Origin: a virus
Taxonomy: Duplodnaviria > Caudoviricetes
Length of the DNA stretch: 64,000 nt
Reading direction: 5' to 3' (one strand)
IMG/VR virus record: IMGVR_UViG_3300037418_000840
Shown: positions 1-10,034 of the stretch, in pieces
How positions within the stretch are numbered: the stretch's first letter is position 1
Layout of the letters: each line of letters begins with the position of its first letter
Position numbers and translations under genes: made by a program
Notes under the pieces: model-generated
Seen by the model: the letters and a program-made list of their open reading frames with translations, nothing else
Database searches by the model: none
Told to the model about the DNA's origin: nothing

Positions 1-65
1 AGTTGCGGTTCGGCGCCACAGCCGCCGTCGACGGCTGCAGGATTTGCAAGAGCAGGAGTGCTCAT
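1..65 (-). CDS. hypothetical protein, 5' part only (runs off window)
   Basis: ATG at 65 preceded by GAGGA; open to window edge (MSTPALANP...). Confidence 0.45.
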   Translation of the reverse strand, partial: MSTPALANPAAVDGGCGAEPQ

Positions 66-101
66 AGGTTCCTCATTGATTAGAGACCGGGTCTCGTAGC
101 T

Positions 102-239
102 TTAGACGAAGAGATGAATCAGGGCCATGATCTTGGCCGGGAGCGGATCGCTGCCCGTTGCCAACACGGCCATAGCGGCAAAGACGGCACCAATCGCACA
201 TGCACCAACGAAGCCGAGTTGATTACGAATCGCATTCAT
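102..239 (-). CDS. small hydrophobic protein (45 aa)
   Basis: Read manually: AAGGAG RBS, MNAIRNQLGFVGACAIGAVFAAMAVLA..., TAA at 102-104; below ORF-track cutoff. Confidence 0.55.
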   Translation of the reverse strand: MNAIRNQLGFVGACAIGAVFAAMAVLATGSDPLPAKIMALIHLFV

Positions 240-280
240 GATTAGACTCCTTGAGTCGAAACTTGGTTTTAAGACGACAA

Positions 281-301
281 GGGGGAACCCGAAGGTTCCC
301 C
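281..301 (-). terminator. Rho-independent terminator-like hairpin
   Basis: GGGGAACC/GGTTCCCC stem with a UUCG-containing loop on minus strand, just after stop at 312. Confidence 0.6.
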
Positions 302-311
302 GACTGCTAAC

Positions 312-707
312 TTACTTTTGAATTATGGACAGGCCGAAGGTGCGGCCCGAACCCCAGAGCATGAGTCCCCTGGATCCTATAACGAACAAGGTGAAACGGT
401 CCATGCCATCGGTGTTCGCTGCTAGGATGACCCCATCATTTGCCGTCGTGTACGACAAGAGACGAAGGAACGCATCGCCGTAAGACCCGCGAAGTATGAG
501 CTCGATCGCCCGCCCTCCGAACTCTTCATGAGACGAATCGTATTCAGAGGACACTGGGGTCAACCCCAGATCACGAGCAAACGCGATTCCGGCCTTCATC
601 AGGAAGAGATGCTCGCGCTCTTCGCGCTCTTCCTCGCGGATCAAGGACTCCACGTAAGCGCGGCGGCCGCGCATCTGGTTTTTGGTTGCCGTACTACTGT
701 TTGCCAT
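312..707 (-). CDS. hypothetical protein
   Basis: Start trimmed to MANSST (707), preceded by CTACCGAAAGG motif and promoter at 762. Confidence 0.75.
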   Translation of the reverse strand: MANSSTATKNQMRGRRAYVESLIREEEREEREHLFLMKAGIAFARDLGLTPVSSEYDSSHEEFGGRAIELILRGSYGDAFLRLLSYTTANDGVILAANTDGMDRFTLFVIGSRGLMLWGSGRTFGLSIIQK

Positions 708-761
708 AGCTAACCCTTTCGGTAGGTTGCGTGGTTGATGGATGCGCTTTGGGCGCACCTT

Positions 762-814
762 ATTATACCACACAGCGCAAACGCGCAAGGACCGACTGTT
801 GCGTAAAAACAACA
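762..814 (-). promoter_or_regulatory. sigma70-like promoter with upstream TGTTG-N8-CAACA palindrome
   Basis: Minus strand TGG-TATAAT (762-767), TTGCGC (783-788), palindrome 797-814. Confidence 0.75.
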
Positions 815-842
815 CTCAAACGGGTCCGTAGACCAAGACTCC

Positions 843-1238
843 CTAGCCAAATTTTCGCTTACGAGCTCGTTTGGCAGGAGCCATGATCATGGTGTCGGAA
901 CGCGTCAGGTTGCGTGCAAACTCACACGCCAGGAGCCATCCACTAACGATAGGGGCGAAGCGGGCGATAGGCGACGCCAGATCGTCAGCGAAGTGCGGGT
1001 CGATCCTACTATCAGCCGTCTTCTCGAGTTCTGCAAACGATGTGAACCCGCGATAGACCATGATCTTGCGGCCTTCGAAGTTCTTCGCGTCAGGGTACTC
1101 GACTTCAACCACAAGGACGGGGAACTGGCCGGTGTACAGTTCCTCACGGATCAGCCTGTAATTCGCTGGATCAGGTGCCGAGTTGGGCACTGCGTAGGGG
1201 CTGCTAGTGCAATTCTTGATTGGTGAGAGACCCATCAC
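843..1238 (-). CDS. phage hypothetical protein
   Basis: 131-aa ORF overlapping upstream stop; YPD..NFEGRKI..DPHF..SPIARF pattern recalled from other phage hypotheticals. Confidence 0.7.
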   Translation of the reverse strand: MMGLSPIKNCTSSPYAVPNSAPDPANYRLIREELYTGQFPVLVVEVEYPDAKNFEGRKIMVYRGFTSFAELEKTADSRIDPHFADDLASPIARFAPIVSGWLLACEFARNLTRSDTMIMAPAKRARKRKFG

Positions 1239-1759
1239 GGCTCCTGTTTGAGATGGTCAACATCGTAGACATAGCGAGCACCACCGTGACGAGGTGACGC
1301 CGATAGCCACGGGCCGATGTTGGCAAATGTTTGAAAGCGTTCTTCGTTTCGATTGTCGACCTGACCCAAGGGCACGCGTCCAGGCAACGAGTCAATGTCA
1401 CAATGGGCAAGCACCCAGCAAAGTCCACGCTCGGTCAACTGATAGACAGGCGACGCGTATTCTTGTGGAGGACCTCCTCGTATCGAGTAGCTGACGGGTG
1501 TCCGCCGCACTATCGTTAGATAACCCCGATGGGCCGCCATACGAACGCACAGTGAGACGTTGGTTCCCCGTCGTTCACGGCCAGTCCAGATGTGGCTGAA
1601 CGTAATTGGGGCCACTCGTATAAGATCGCGTGACTGAAGACCGCGTTCACTGTACGAAACGTTTCCTCTATACGCAGGATAGTAGACAAAGGCGGCCAAC
1701 ACCACACGAAGACGGACATCAGTATCCGGACCGACGACGGGGTTCGCGCGTCTACCCAT
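1235..1759 (-). CDS. hypothetical protein
   Basis: 174-aa ORF coupled to neighbours. Confidence 0.6.
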   Translation of the reverse strand: MGRRANPVVGPDTDVRLRVVLAAFVYYPAYRGNVSYSERGLQSRDLIRVAPITFSHIWTGRERRGTNVSLCVRMAAHRGYLTIVRRTPVSYSIRGGPPQEYASPVYQLTERGLCWVLAHCDIDSLPGRVPLGQVDNRNEERFQTFANIGPWLSASPRHGGARYVYDVDHLKQEP

Positions 1760-2480
1760 GTTGGCCTCCGTTGGAGAAGTAGAAGGACATGGCGTTCATC
1801 ATGTTGTCTTTGTTCAGTTCGGGAGCACACGCGTAGTCTTTCGCCAGATCCAAAGCCTTTTCATGAACTGCGATATCGGACAGGGCTACCGTGTGTAGCT
1901 TGTGCAACTGCTTGACCTTGTCACGCATCGTAAGGGCAAGCGGCGATTCCTCGAACGAGAAGCCAGTCTTGTGTTTGAAACGACGAAGCATGCTCTCGTA
2001 GCGAGAGATCTCCCGCTGCCAATCGGTGCGCATCCTGCGAATGTTCTCGATACCGCGCCGCAGATTTTCCTTGACGTCGACCACTGGATCATACATGTCT
2101 ATGTGGATTGGTATCTCTTCTGCCTTGGCCACTTCGTTGATCACTGACATGAAAACGGTGTGTACCAAGTCTTCAGCCATTCCATCGATCTCAGTTTGAG
2201 CCGGCTGTCGCGTCCCCGTCTTGTCGTAGTACTCGCGCTTGAACTTGTCGCTCAAATGCTCGTACGCCTCCTTGATCCGTTTAAACTTCTCGGCCGCGTC
2301 AGGATCACGACATTGATCTGGATGGTACTTCATGGCCGCAGCACGATACGCCTTCTTGATCTGCGCAGGTGTAGCCGTGCTGTCAATGCCGAGAATTGCG
2401 TACAGGTCCTCGGAAGTCGGATCTGGATCCAGATCAGGTTTAACCTCCGACAAAGCACTTACGCGAACGATGTTTCCCAC
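1752..2480 (-). CDS. J-domain (DnaJ-like, class C) co-chaperone
   Basis: [48 protein letters not shown]: J-domain with HPD motif, then helical C-terminus. Confidence 0.9.
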   Translation of the reverse strand: MGNIVRVSALSEVKPDLDPDPTSEDLYAILGIDSTATPAQIKKAYRAAAMKYHPDQCRDPDAAEKFKRIKEAYEHLSDKFKREYYDKTGTRQPAQTEIDGMAEDLVHTVFMSVINEVAKAEEIPIHIDMYDPVVDVKENLRRGIENIRRMRTDWQREISRYESMLRRFKHKTGFSFEESPLALTMRDKVKQLHKLHTVALSDIAVHEKALDLAKDYACAPELNKDNMMNAMSFYFSNGGQHG

Positions 2481-2591
2481 GAGGGATTCCCCTTCGATGA
2501 TTAAGGACCGTCTGGTCCTGGCTTATGTGGAAGTAGGGGACCATCCGTCTGGAAGGCCCCCTACTGGAATATCTGTTATGACTTCAATGCT

Positions 2592-2601
2592 TATTTACTG
2601 C
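2592..2601 (-). promoter_or_regulatory. GTAAATA-type putative phage promoter
   Basis: Minus strand GCAGTAAATA upstream of the J-domain gene; one of about 14 copies. Confidence 0.55.
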
Positions 2602-2701
2602 TCAAGGAATGTGTGGTGCTATGGTAGTCCAGTACCATACTGAAAATGAGCCTAGGATCAAAAGCGTTGCACACCAGCAAATGAAGTTCCTCATGATGAT
2701 C

Positions 2702-3313
2702 TCACCACTTCATCCACGGACCGCGTGGAAAGCGCTCACTGAAGGGTGACCAGCTATCAGGCTTAGGGTCAACGAATCGCCATTCAAGGCTAAACGGCGT
2801 CTTGTCGTAGCTTTCATAGACGCATATCCGCGCAGCGTCTTCGTCTTCGGCACGCACTGCCGCACAGACAGTGCTTCCGTTCTCGGTAGTCCCTGAGTAC
2901 CACCAAGGACTGTGGAGTTCAAACGTGCCGTGGCCCTTGGTCTGCACCCACGAAATCCAGAAGGCTTTCAAGCCACTAGAGAAGTCCTCGACCGCCGCAG
3001 TGAACACCATATCACGGAAGTCAACAGGGACCTTCACGTTGTGGACCGCCACGTAATGACTGAAGCCCGAAGGCCATACGAATCCACGATGCGTGAACTC
3101 AGCACAGCCGTTGCCCTGACCACAGATACGACACCGGGAGATCCCACGATAGCGTTCTGCCTTGTTCAGGCGTTCAAGGTTGACTTCTACGCGACGAAGT
3201 GAGGCCAGGAACGGACCCTGACCTTCTTCAGGGGTGTCCTGCGCCACGGGCATTGGCAGATCAGGCTCGGTCGTCGACCGCCAGAAACCTACTCGTTGTG
3301 GTTTGTCCATCAC
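2702..3313 (-). CDS. hypothetical protein, possibly metal-binding N-terminal domain
   Basis: YRG.S.CRIC..NG..EF..FVWP.G..HYV..HNV pattern. Confidence 0.7.
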   Translation of the reverse strand: MMDKPQRVGFWRSTTEPDLPMPVAQDTPEEGQGPFLASLRRVEVNLERLNKAERYRGISRCRICGQGNGCAEFTHRGFVWPSGFSHYVAVHNVKVPVDFRDMVFTAAVEDFSSGLKAFWISWVQTKGHGTFELHSPWWYSGTTENGSTVCAAVRAEDEDAARICVYESYDKTPFSLEWRFVDPKPDSWSPFSERFPRGPWMKW

Positions 3314-3825
3314 GTACCTCGCTTGATGATTTTACCGTCGATGATCTTGTCGCCCCAATCCAAGCCGATCTTGTGACCATCCACGTACTCGTTATAGTTG
3401 GGGTAGATCGCGTGCTTAACGTCGATCATATAGGTTGCAAAGTCGTGACGTCTTTCACCAAAACGGCGAACGATACGATGCGTCCCATCGATCAACAGGT
3501 GGTGCATTGTTGCCGTTCCTGCACCGTAGACCAAGACCATTGCAGGATCGTGTTCCCAACTCTCCTTGGGTAGGTCACGCACGCGATTAACGTCGATCAC
3601 ACGATCGGTCAACAGTTTGCCGATCACGTCAGAAATGCGAACATGCTCAACAGGTGCCAACGACGGATTGGCCTTAGCCCAGGTGCGCATGGCCGTCACG
3701 TCGAAAACTGTGACTGGACCATCATCAGGGTAGTAAGTGAAGCACTCGTGGAGTGCTCCGCTGTCGGCATTACGTTGAACCAACGCCATGATCTGACTCT
3801 TGGTCAGTTGATTATCGTTGCTCAT
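3310..3825 (-). CDS. ParB/sulfiredoxin-like domain protein
   Basis: LLIDGTHRI matches the ParB/Srx DGxHR motif; start trimmed to MSND. Confidence 0.5.
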   Translation of the reverse strand: MSNDNQLTKSQIMALVQRNADSGALHECFTYYPDDGPVTVFDVTAMRTWAKANPSLAPVEHVRISDVIGKLLTDRVIDVNRVRDLPKESWEHDPAMVLVYGAGTATMHHLLIDGTHRIVRRFGERRHDFATYMIDVKHAIYPNYNEYVDGHKIGLDWGDKIIDGKIIKRGT

Positions 3826-3830
3826 GATGC

Positions 3831-4685
3831 CTACCAGGAAAGTCCGTATTGAGCCAGACCAGTTGTGATGAGACCAATCAAATCGTCGTTCTGCTCCGGA
3901 AGCTTGGGTTCCGTCCAGCCTCCAACGGCCCCACGTTCTTTGGCTCGGACAGCCAGGGTCTTCATCGACCATTCGATGTACGAATTGAGGACCGGACTCG
4001 CCGGACAATCCTCGAGCTCTTCACCAGCCTTCTTGCGCTGTAAGAGGTCTTCGATTGCGACCCGCACTTCGGGTGCGACTGGTGACGAGGCCAGCAGAGT
4101 CTCGAAGTTCATCGTAGGCATTGTCCCGTGGTCCAATACGTGGGTCGCACACAGGATGGGTCGTAACACGTACAGATACTTCTTGTAGCGAACCCGCTCA
4201 CCTTGTAGGTAGTCGCGAATATTGTTCTGGGCCATACTCACGTAGTTGCCGAACAGCGCGTGTTCAGACCAACGGGCGCGGCTCACGCTGATCAGCTGTT
4301 CGACCCATTGGTCAACCGTCTTGTACGTGATCGGCGACTGAAGCCATTCGTGCAGCGCTGGATTGCTGCGTTGGACTAACGACACAGCCTTAACCAAGTC
4401 CCAGCCGTGGAAGTCCAACACGTCCTTGGTTTCGGGATTGGTTACGAAGTGCGTGACCGAGTCCATGGAATTCGGATCGCCTTTACGGAGGAAGGGTGAA
4501 CTGATGTACCACATTTGGGGCTTGACGTAGATGAAGCGCACGTCGTAGTCGCTGTCCGTCGACGGGAAGCCCCACATACGGGATCCTGATTCGACAGCGA
4601 ATAGGACCGTCAGCTGGCGTTCTTTTTCCAGGACGCGCAGTTGGTCCTGGATAGCTTTTGTGTTGAGTTTGGTGCGATCGTCCAT
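3831..4685 (-). CDS. RlaP/YcgL-type nucleotidyltransferase (Pol-beta superfamily)
   Basis: AVESGSRMWGFPSTDSDYDVRFIY, GWDL.KA..L...SNP...EWL.SP, KKYLYVLRP; start trimmed to MDDRTK. Confidence 0.85.
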   Translation of the reverse strand: MDDRTKLNTKAIQDQLRVLEKERQLTVLFAVESGSRMWGFPSTDSDYDVRFIYVKPQMWYISSPFLRKGDPNSMDSVTHFVTNPETKDVLDFHGWDLVKAVSLVQRSNPALHEWLQSPITYKTVDQWVEQLISVSRARWSEHALFGNYVSMAQNNIRDYLQGERVRYKKYLYVLRPILCATHVLDHGTMPTMNFETLLASSPVAPEVRVAIEDLLQRKKAGEELEDCPASPVLNSYIEWSMKTLAVRAKERGAVGGWTEPKLPEQNDDLIGLITTGLAQYGLSW

Positions 4686-4692
4686 TTTAGCC

Positions 4693-5175
4693 TTAGCCTC
4701 GTAGTTCGTCGTAACTCTTATCGGAGAGACGGATGAGTCCGGCCATCTGCGCAGCCGGGCCTGAGAAATGTGGATTGCGGCGTTCGAAGTCAAGGATAGC
4801 ACTAAACAGTTGATCGAACGCCTGCACATACTTGTCGGTCTTCGGCCATTCTTGGCCCTTGTACGTTTGACGCAGCATCTTTGCCAGCGGGTTGAAAGCA
4901 CCAACGGCCATCACGTAATCCATGTGATTCTGGATCATGACCGTAGGTCCTGCTGAGTCCACGTTCTGCCCCTGACGCACAAGCTTCCTGCAGAAGTCTA
5001 TGAACTCACCTTCACCGAAGGTGACGAAGCCAAGGATTCCGGCATCAGGATCGGTGTCGACCACTGTGCCGTAGTCCTCGGCCAAGTCCAGTAGGTCTTC
5101 GTCTGAGAAGCCAAACGCATCTGGTGTCGACGCCGGCTCTTTGCTGGACCCAAGGGCGTAGCCTCGGCGTTCCAT
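4693..5175 (-). CDS. hypothetical protein
   Basis: Start trimmed to MERRGY to avoid overlap with upstream gene. Confidence 0.65.
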   Translation of the reverse strand: MERRGYALGSSKEPASTPDAFGFSDEDLLDLAEDYGTVVDTDPDAGILGFVTFGEGEFIDFCRKLVRQGQNVDSAGPTVMIQNHMDYVMAVGAFNPLAKMLRQTYKGQEWPKTDKYVQAFDQLFSAILDFERRNPHFSGPAAQMAGLIRLSDKSYDELRG

Positions 5176-5182
5176 GTCTTCT

Positions 5183-5503
5183 TCAAGAGAAGTAATAATG
5201 GGTGGTGACATTGTGCACGACATTGTGAATGTTGGGATTGGTGAACTTGAGGTCCGATACACAGATACAGGCGGCCCCAAGCTCGATGAGTGGTGTCTGC
5301 TGACCTCCAAAGGTATGACTCAGCAGGTCTAGAATTTCTGCAATGACCGACAAGGTCACCGGCTTGTTGTCTTTCAAATCAATGACAGCCGTGGCCCGAT
5401 ATTGACCACTGACTTGCTGCACGAATGCTCGGCGCACGGCGTCAATTTGGGTCAGACGGGACTCGACTAGTCGAAGATGAGCTTTCGGATATTCCATAGG
5501 CAA
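5183..5503 (-). CDS. hypothetical protein
   Basis: 106-aa ORF, GGAGG upstream. Confidence 0.65.
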   Translation of the reverse strand: MPMEYPKAHLRLVESRLTQIDAVRRAFVQQVSGQYRATAVIDLKDNKPVTLSVIAEILDLLSHTFGGQQTPLIELGAACICVSDLKFTNPNIHNVVHNVTTHYYFS

Positions 5504-5554
5504 CCTCCTGGAGGAGGAACGTCTGTAGTAGCCCGTCCCTCGGAATTGGGTACG

Positions 5555-6784
5555 TCAGGACACTTCCTCATTACGACGGAGCTCCATTCGCCCTTCGTCA
5601 ACAAGAGTGAATTGGTTGAGCGTCGAACTATTGCCTGGACCACCGTGTCGACGAACCGCGTCTTCGACGGTCGACGCTAACGCATTGACCCCAAACATCT
5701 CGGACACGTTGAGGTCCACGGCCTTCAGCATGTGGAACATGTGAAAGATGAGACGCGGGTCACTCACATTGAGAGTCAGATGATAGCCGGGCGGCTCCTT
5801 GTCATTGGCTTGACTAAGCATAAAGCCCTTGACCTTTGCTCGCTCAGGTAACTGGTGGTCGACCATCAACGACACCGTCTTCTGATACGGATCTTCCCCA
5901 CACGTGAGAGCCAGGGCCAGGCTAAGCCCACGACCACTCTTCGGCTTGTACCACGGAAAGATTTGGATTGACAGGCCAGCCGCTTGATACAAGGTGGTTA
6001 ACGACTTATCCGAAGCCCGACCAAGCCAGTCGCAGCGTGCTTGCTTGTCTTCGTCAGACAGCGTCGTCTCATTGAACACAGGATGTTCCGCCGCGCGACG
6101 TGCACGCTCGGCGGGCGATCGGGCCACACTTTTCTGTTCGCTATCCTCGTCGTCATCATCATCGTCATCGTCATCTGCCTCTTCTTCGTCTTCTTCGTAT
6201 CGACTACGGCGCGGTGCTTGTCGTTTGGTGGGCACACCGGTTCGGAACCGAATCGGATCGCTTTGTGCCCAGAGCATGCGCAGCACTGCTCTCTTCAGAT
6301 TCGTATCGATGGTGTCGCTTACGTTTTCCAGCACGTAGTAGATGAACGCAAAGCGATCGCCGAAAACTTGATGTTGGAACAACTCGTTCCACAACGAGTG
6401 GTTGAAACGCATTGACCTGTAATGATTGAACCAGTCGATCACTTGCTGGTCGGTCGTGCATTTGAAGTACGATGCAAAGGCTTCGTGCACGATCGTGGGC
6501 TGGTCGCTGACTTCAATTCCAAAGTCGTTGAGGAACGTGTTGAACTTACCTCGTATGACACTGGACAGATGGTAGTCGTAGAACTTCTGGTACTCGACCG
6601 GATCGAAGAACGCACCATTGGACAGTGCCCAGGTGCAGTCGTCGGGATCACCGAGCAAAGGTATCACATAGAGTGGTATGCGCACGTCCTTCATGTCGTT
6701 ATGAGTGGAAAAGAACGAGACCATGCGGGTGTAGCCGGGGATGCATGCCTTGATTTCTTTCAAGGTTGCCAACGTCGTGTACAT
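5555..6784 (-). CDS. hypothetical protein with internal acidic tract
   Basis: Long ORF; GAGAGG RBS before MYTTL; EEDEEEADDDDDDDDDEDSE tract. Confidence 0.8.
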   Translation of the reverse strand: MYTTLATLKEIKACIPGYTRMVSFFSTHNDMKDVRIPLYVIPLLGDPDDCTWALSNGAFFDPVEYQKFYDYHLSSVIRGKFNTFLNDFGIEVSDQPTIVHEAFASYFKCTTDQQVIDWFNHYRSMRFNHSLWNELFQHQVFGDRFAFIYYVLENVSDTIDTNLKRAVLRMLWAQSDPIRFRTGVPTKRQAPRRSRYEEDEEEADDDDDDDDDEDSEQKSVARSPAERARRAAEHPVFNETTLSDEDKQARCDWLGRASDKSLTTLYQAAGLSIQIFPWYKPKSGRGLSLALALTCGEDPYQKTVSLMVDHQLPERAKVKGFMLSQANDKEPPGYHLTLNVSDPRLIFHMFHMLKAVDLNVSEMFGVNALASTVEDAVRRHGGPGNSSTLNQFTLVDEGRMELRRNEEVS

Positions 6785-6867
6785 TCGAACCTCTCTTTTT
6801 GGTGTAGGTAGAAACACGAAAGGCGAGACCATTCGGCCTCGCCCCAAGATGAACTACGTTTTGTCGT

Positions 6868-7587
6868 TTAGCCGCCGAACACGGCGTTGATGTCGATGGA
6901 TCCGGACTTCACTGCCTTTAGCGCAGCAAGGAAGCCTACGAACTTGCCTTGTGTACGATCATTGGCATAGCGCACGGCCCCTGTTCTTGCGTTGGTCGAC
7001 GTCGAATTGTCTGCGTCGGGAAACGCGAGCTCGAATGCGGCGCGAGCACGAGCTTCGACTTCTGCCTCGTTGATCGAACCCGAGTCTTCCGTTTCCGCGA
7101 CGTCGACCGTTGTCGGTGCCAATGCCGCACTGGCGCTGGCCGTAGCCGGCGTCGCTTGTTCCTGCGCCGGTTGAGCCTGCGACTGCCGCTCGAGCGTAAT
7201 CCCTTGATGCCACTTGATCGGCTGACCGAAGACTGCCGACAGGTCAGCATCGACAGCGGTCAGCACTTCGCTGAGCACTGCCGTCTTTGAGCGCGAAGTC
7301 AATTCCGACGGATGATGTTTCTTCACCGCGCTGACGACGGCGGCCGCCGTCGCGTGATTGGCGACCCCGACGGCAAACAGATGCTGGGTTCCCGATTTCA
7401 GATGGACCGACGGTGTCCCGGCGACCCAATGAACGTCTTCCGCGCCGTTCGAGAGGCCTACGGCAGCAATCGGGAAGTACCAGTCGTCCTTCCAATTCGG
7501 ATTGATCTTCTTCAGATTGTTTGCCACTTGGGACACACGCGATTGCATGGCCGACGAGTCACGGAGAGCACGGATGCTGGTCAACAT
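6868..7587 (-). CDS. hypothetical protein
   Basis: 239-aa ORF, GAGGA RBS, GTAAATG motif at 7631-7640 upstream. Confidence 0.8.
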   Translation of the reverse strand: MLTSIRALRDSSAMQSRVSQVANNLKKINPNWKDDWYFPIAAVGLSNGAEDVHWVAGTPSVHLKSGTQHLFAVGVANHATAAAVVSAVKKHHPSELTSRSKTAVLSEVLTAVDADLSAVFGQPIKWHQGITLERQSQAQPAQEQATPATASASAALAPTTVDVAETEDSGSINEAEVEARARAAFELAFPDADNSTSTNARTGAVRYANDRTQGKFVGFLAALKAVKSGSIDINAVFGG

Positions 7588-7660
7588 AATTAGTTCCTCA
7601 GGTTGGTTGATGATACTGCACTACACACTTCATTTACTACTGAACGATGCTCAGCCTAAA

Positions 7661-8248
7661 CTAGCGCCGAACAAGACTGCGAAACCAATTCTTGACGCGT
7701 GTCGAGGGCGAGGGCTGCTCTGCAGCTTCGTCTTCTGACGGCGAAGTCAACTGCGTGAGCAACGCGTCGAGATCGAACGCCTGACGTTTCACATATGTAA
7801 GAGACTCGATATCGAGATCGGGTCGATAGTGCCGAAGCTGATCAACTACCTCGTCAAGATGACGCTCTCTCTGAGCGCCTCTTGAATATCGGTCGTTGAT
7901 GGCAGTCAACTTCTCGACCCGGTCGAGATACCATTGGTCGGGCATTGACCGATAGGCTTGGGCCATCAACGATCGATACATCTCTGTATCGCCGTTTCGC
8001 TGATAGCCGTTGGCCTTCCAACGTAAGACTTGAAAGGGTCCCATTTTCTGAACCGATGTGATGTTCTTGGGCAAGTTGAACACTGATTGACCGTCGAAAG
8101 ACTCACCCATGAGAGTGTCACCAATGCGGACCACCGTCATTGCGGCGCGTACACAGAGCTTACGCTCGTTTCTGAACCCGATCCAATAGCTGGAGCCGGG
8201 CTCCAACTGCGTTAGATCCACGCAGGTATCCATGATCTTATTTTCCAT
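7661..8248 (-). CDS. hypothetical protein
   Basis: 195-aa ORF with GAGGA RBS. Confidence 0.75.
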   Translation of the reverse strand: MENKIMDTCVDLTQLEPGSSYWIGFRNERKLCVRAAMTVVRIGDTLMGESFDGQSVFNLPKNITSVQKMGPFQVLRWKANGYQRNGDTEMYRSLMAQAYRSMPDQWYLDRVEKLTAINDRYSRGAQRERHLDEVVDQLRHYRPDLDIESLTYVKRQAFDLDALLTQLTSPSEDEAAEQPSPSTRVKNWFRSLVRR

Positions 8249-8257
8249 GTTAATCCT

Positions 8258-8674
8258 CTAACGTGAAGCTAAGGCTCGGCGTCGGCGCGCTATTTCAGCA
8301 GGAAGCGCCGATTCATGAACTGTTATGTTCAGACCCAACTCCTTCTGATAAGACCGTAAGAAATCGCCGAGAGCCGAATCGAAGACTACGCCGCGCCCAA
8401 TCGACGGGCTTCCAGGAAGGTTCTTAGGATCTACAACAAAGATCGCCCCCTCCTTACGGATCTCAACGTCGATAGGAAACACGGAGGACAAGTCTGGGTG
8501 TTGCCGGGTGATCAGACTGCGGATGGTGTCCATCGTCTTGTCGAATGTCGCCTGATACTTCTCGGGTGCCGACGCAGCCTCGGTCGACCACGATAGCGCA
8601 AACAGGCACAGGTCAGTCATGATGGATCGCGCCAGCTTGTCTACCTTCTCTTGGGTGTGCTTGTCCAGTTCCAT
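8258..8674 (-). CDS. hypothetical protein
   Basis: 138-aa ORF tiling with neighbours. Confidence 0.7.
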   Translation of the reverse strand: MELDKHTQEKVDKLARSIMTDLCLFALSWSTEAASAPEKYQATFDKTMDTIRSLITRQHPDLSSVFPIDVEIRKEGAIFVVDPKNLPGSPSIGRGVVFDSALGDFLRSYQKELGLNITVHESALPAEIARRRRALASR

Positions 8675-8675
8675 G

Positions 8676-8918
8676 TCATTCCTTTGGAAGGCGTTCGATA
8701 AATCCCGCGCGGGCCGCAGTGGCCCCGCCGGTCACCTGACGAAGAAGAACCCGTTCGGCTTCAGTCCATTGACTGTAGGGCTTGGTCACTAGATTCAGTG
8801 CTAGGGCCTTGCCCAAAGCTTCGCCGACCCAAGCGAGGGTCTCCGAGGTGAGCTTGTCCTTGAGCTGACGCTCGGCCTCAAGCAATTCTCGGAAGCGCAC
8901 GATCGAAATGTTAGGCAT
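8676..8918 (-). CDS. hypothetical protein
   Basis: 80-aa ORF abutting neighbours. Confidence 0.65.
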   Translation of the reverse strand: MPNISIVRFRELLEAERQLKDKLTSETLAWVGEALGKALALNLVTKPYSQWTEAERVLLRQVTGGATAARAGFIERLPKE

Positions 8919-9293
8919 CTAGGCCCTCGTCTGCCAGTAGTTGATATTGGGCACCGTCTTGCGATAGCCGATGACTTCGTAGAAGGCCCACACGCTTTCG
9001 TGCTTGGTCCTCGGCGCCAGGGCACATGGTCCTTGATCAGGGTCAAAGGCTCGGGCCTCGAACGTCATATGGTGTTTGAAATCCTGCTCATCCTTAACGC
9101 TGAACCAGCGGCTCCGAACCAGGACATGCTTGTTCCTGTAGGCCCCGGCGACGAAGTCTACATTCTTCTGACGGAAAGCCTCGATGCTCACTGTCTGACG
9201 ATAGAATCCAGGTTCCCGCACGTCAGGAACTGAGATCTCGTGAATCTTGAGCGGCGTGCTTCCTTCGTACTCAATGGCATAGAAGGTTCGCAT
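8919..9293 (-). CDS. hypothetical protein
   Basis: 124-aa ORF, AAGGAG RBS. Confidence 0.7.
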   Translation of the reverse strand: MRTFYAIEYEGSTPLKIHEISVPDVREPGFYRQTVSIEAFRQKNVDFVAGAYRNKHVLVRSRWFSVKDEQDFKHHMTFEARAFDPDQGPCALAPRTKHESVWAFYEVIGYRKTVPNINYWQTRA

Positions 9294-9302
9294 ATGAACT
9301 CC

Positions 9303-9581
9303 TTAGTTACAGGCGACTACGTGACTCTGTCTATCAAGTTCAACCGAAGCCGTGGACGAGTTGTATCCGGGATTGAACACCACGTAGGTCACTCCCTTGT
9401 AGCACACTTCTGCTACGTCCTCGATGCGGGACTTGGCTGTGTTCGGCCCTGTGATTATCTGAGCACCGACGCGGGTCGCTGACGTCGCCGAATTGTAGTG
9501 TGCGGTGCCACCAATGGCAAGCCCAAGTCCAACAGCGAGGACCAACATGATGGCCACTATGAATGGTACATTTCCGTTCAT
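9303..9581 (-). CDS. small membrane-anchored protein
   Basis: N-terminal hydrophobic helix, C-terminal CYKGVTY...VVAC Cys pair. Confidence 0.7.
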   Translation of the reverse strand: MNGNVPFIVAIMLVLAVGLGLAIGGTAHYNSATSATRVGAQIITGPNTAKSRIEDVAEVCYKGVTYVVFNPGYNSSTASVELDRQSHVVACN

Positions 9582-9599
9582 GCGAAGTCCTTGATGTCG

Positions 9600-10019
9600 T
9601 TAGTCAGGAGCTGAGACCCCAGACTGGAACGTGTAAGACAGGTTCCCCGAATGAGATCCGTACATGCCTAGCTGCACTTTGGACCACGCTTCTCGCTCGG
9701 CCGTAGTCAATGGCCGGGCCAGTTCAAAGGGCACCATCACGTTGAAGAGCCCAAGCCCTTCAACGAACATGCCCCACAGGTAGTCCACGCCATCGATGGT
9801 CCCACGATGACTCGCATGAAAAAGCTCCCAGTCATGGTCGTCTATGCGTTCCAGATGAGCCGAGTGAATGCCACCCAGATACGACATCAACTTATGACAA
9901 GCACCACGGACCGCGTAGTGCTCAACGTGCTTCTGGATCTCCGGACGATACACTAACTTGTCCATGTTGAGCATCGGATCAATCCACGGGAAGCGCTGGA
10001 CGAACTCGTCTTCGTTCAT
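9600..10019 (-). CDS. hypothetical protein
   Basis: 139-aa ORF, AGGAG RBS. Confidence 0.75.
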   Translation of the reverse strand: MNEDEFVQRFPWIDPMLNMDKLVYRPEIQKHVEHYAVRGACHKLMSYLGGIHSAHLERIDDHDWELFHASHRGTIDGVDYLWGMFVEGLGLFNVMVPFELARPLTTAEREAWSKVQLGMYGSHSGNLSYTFQSGVSAPD

Positions 10020-10034
10020 AATGACTCCTAGTTG

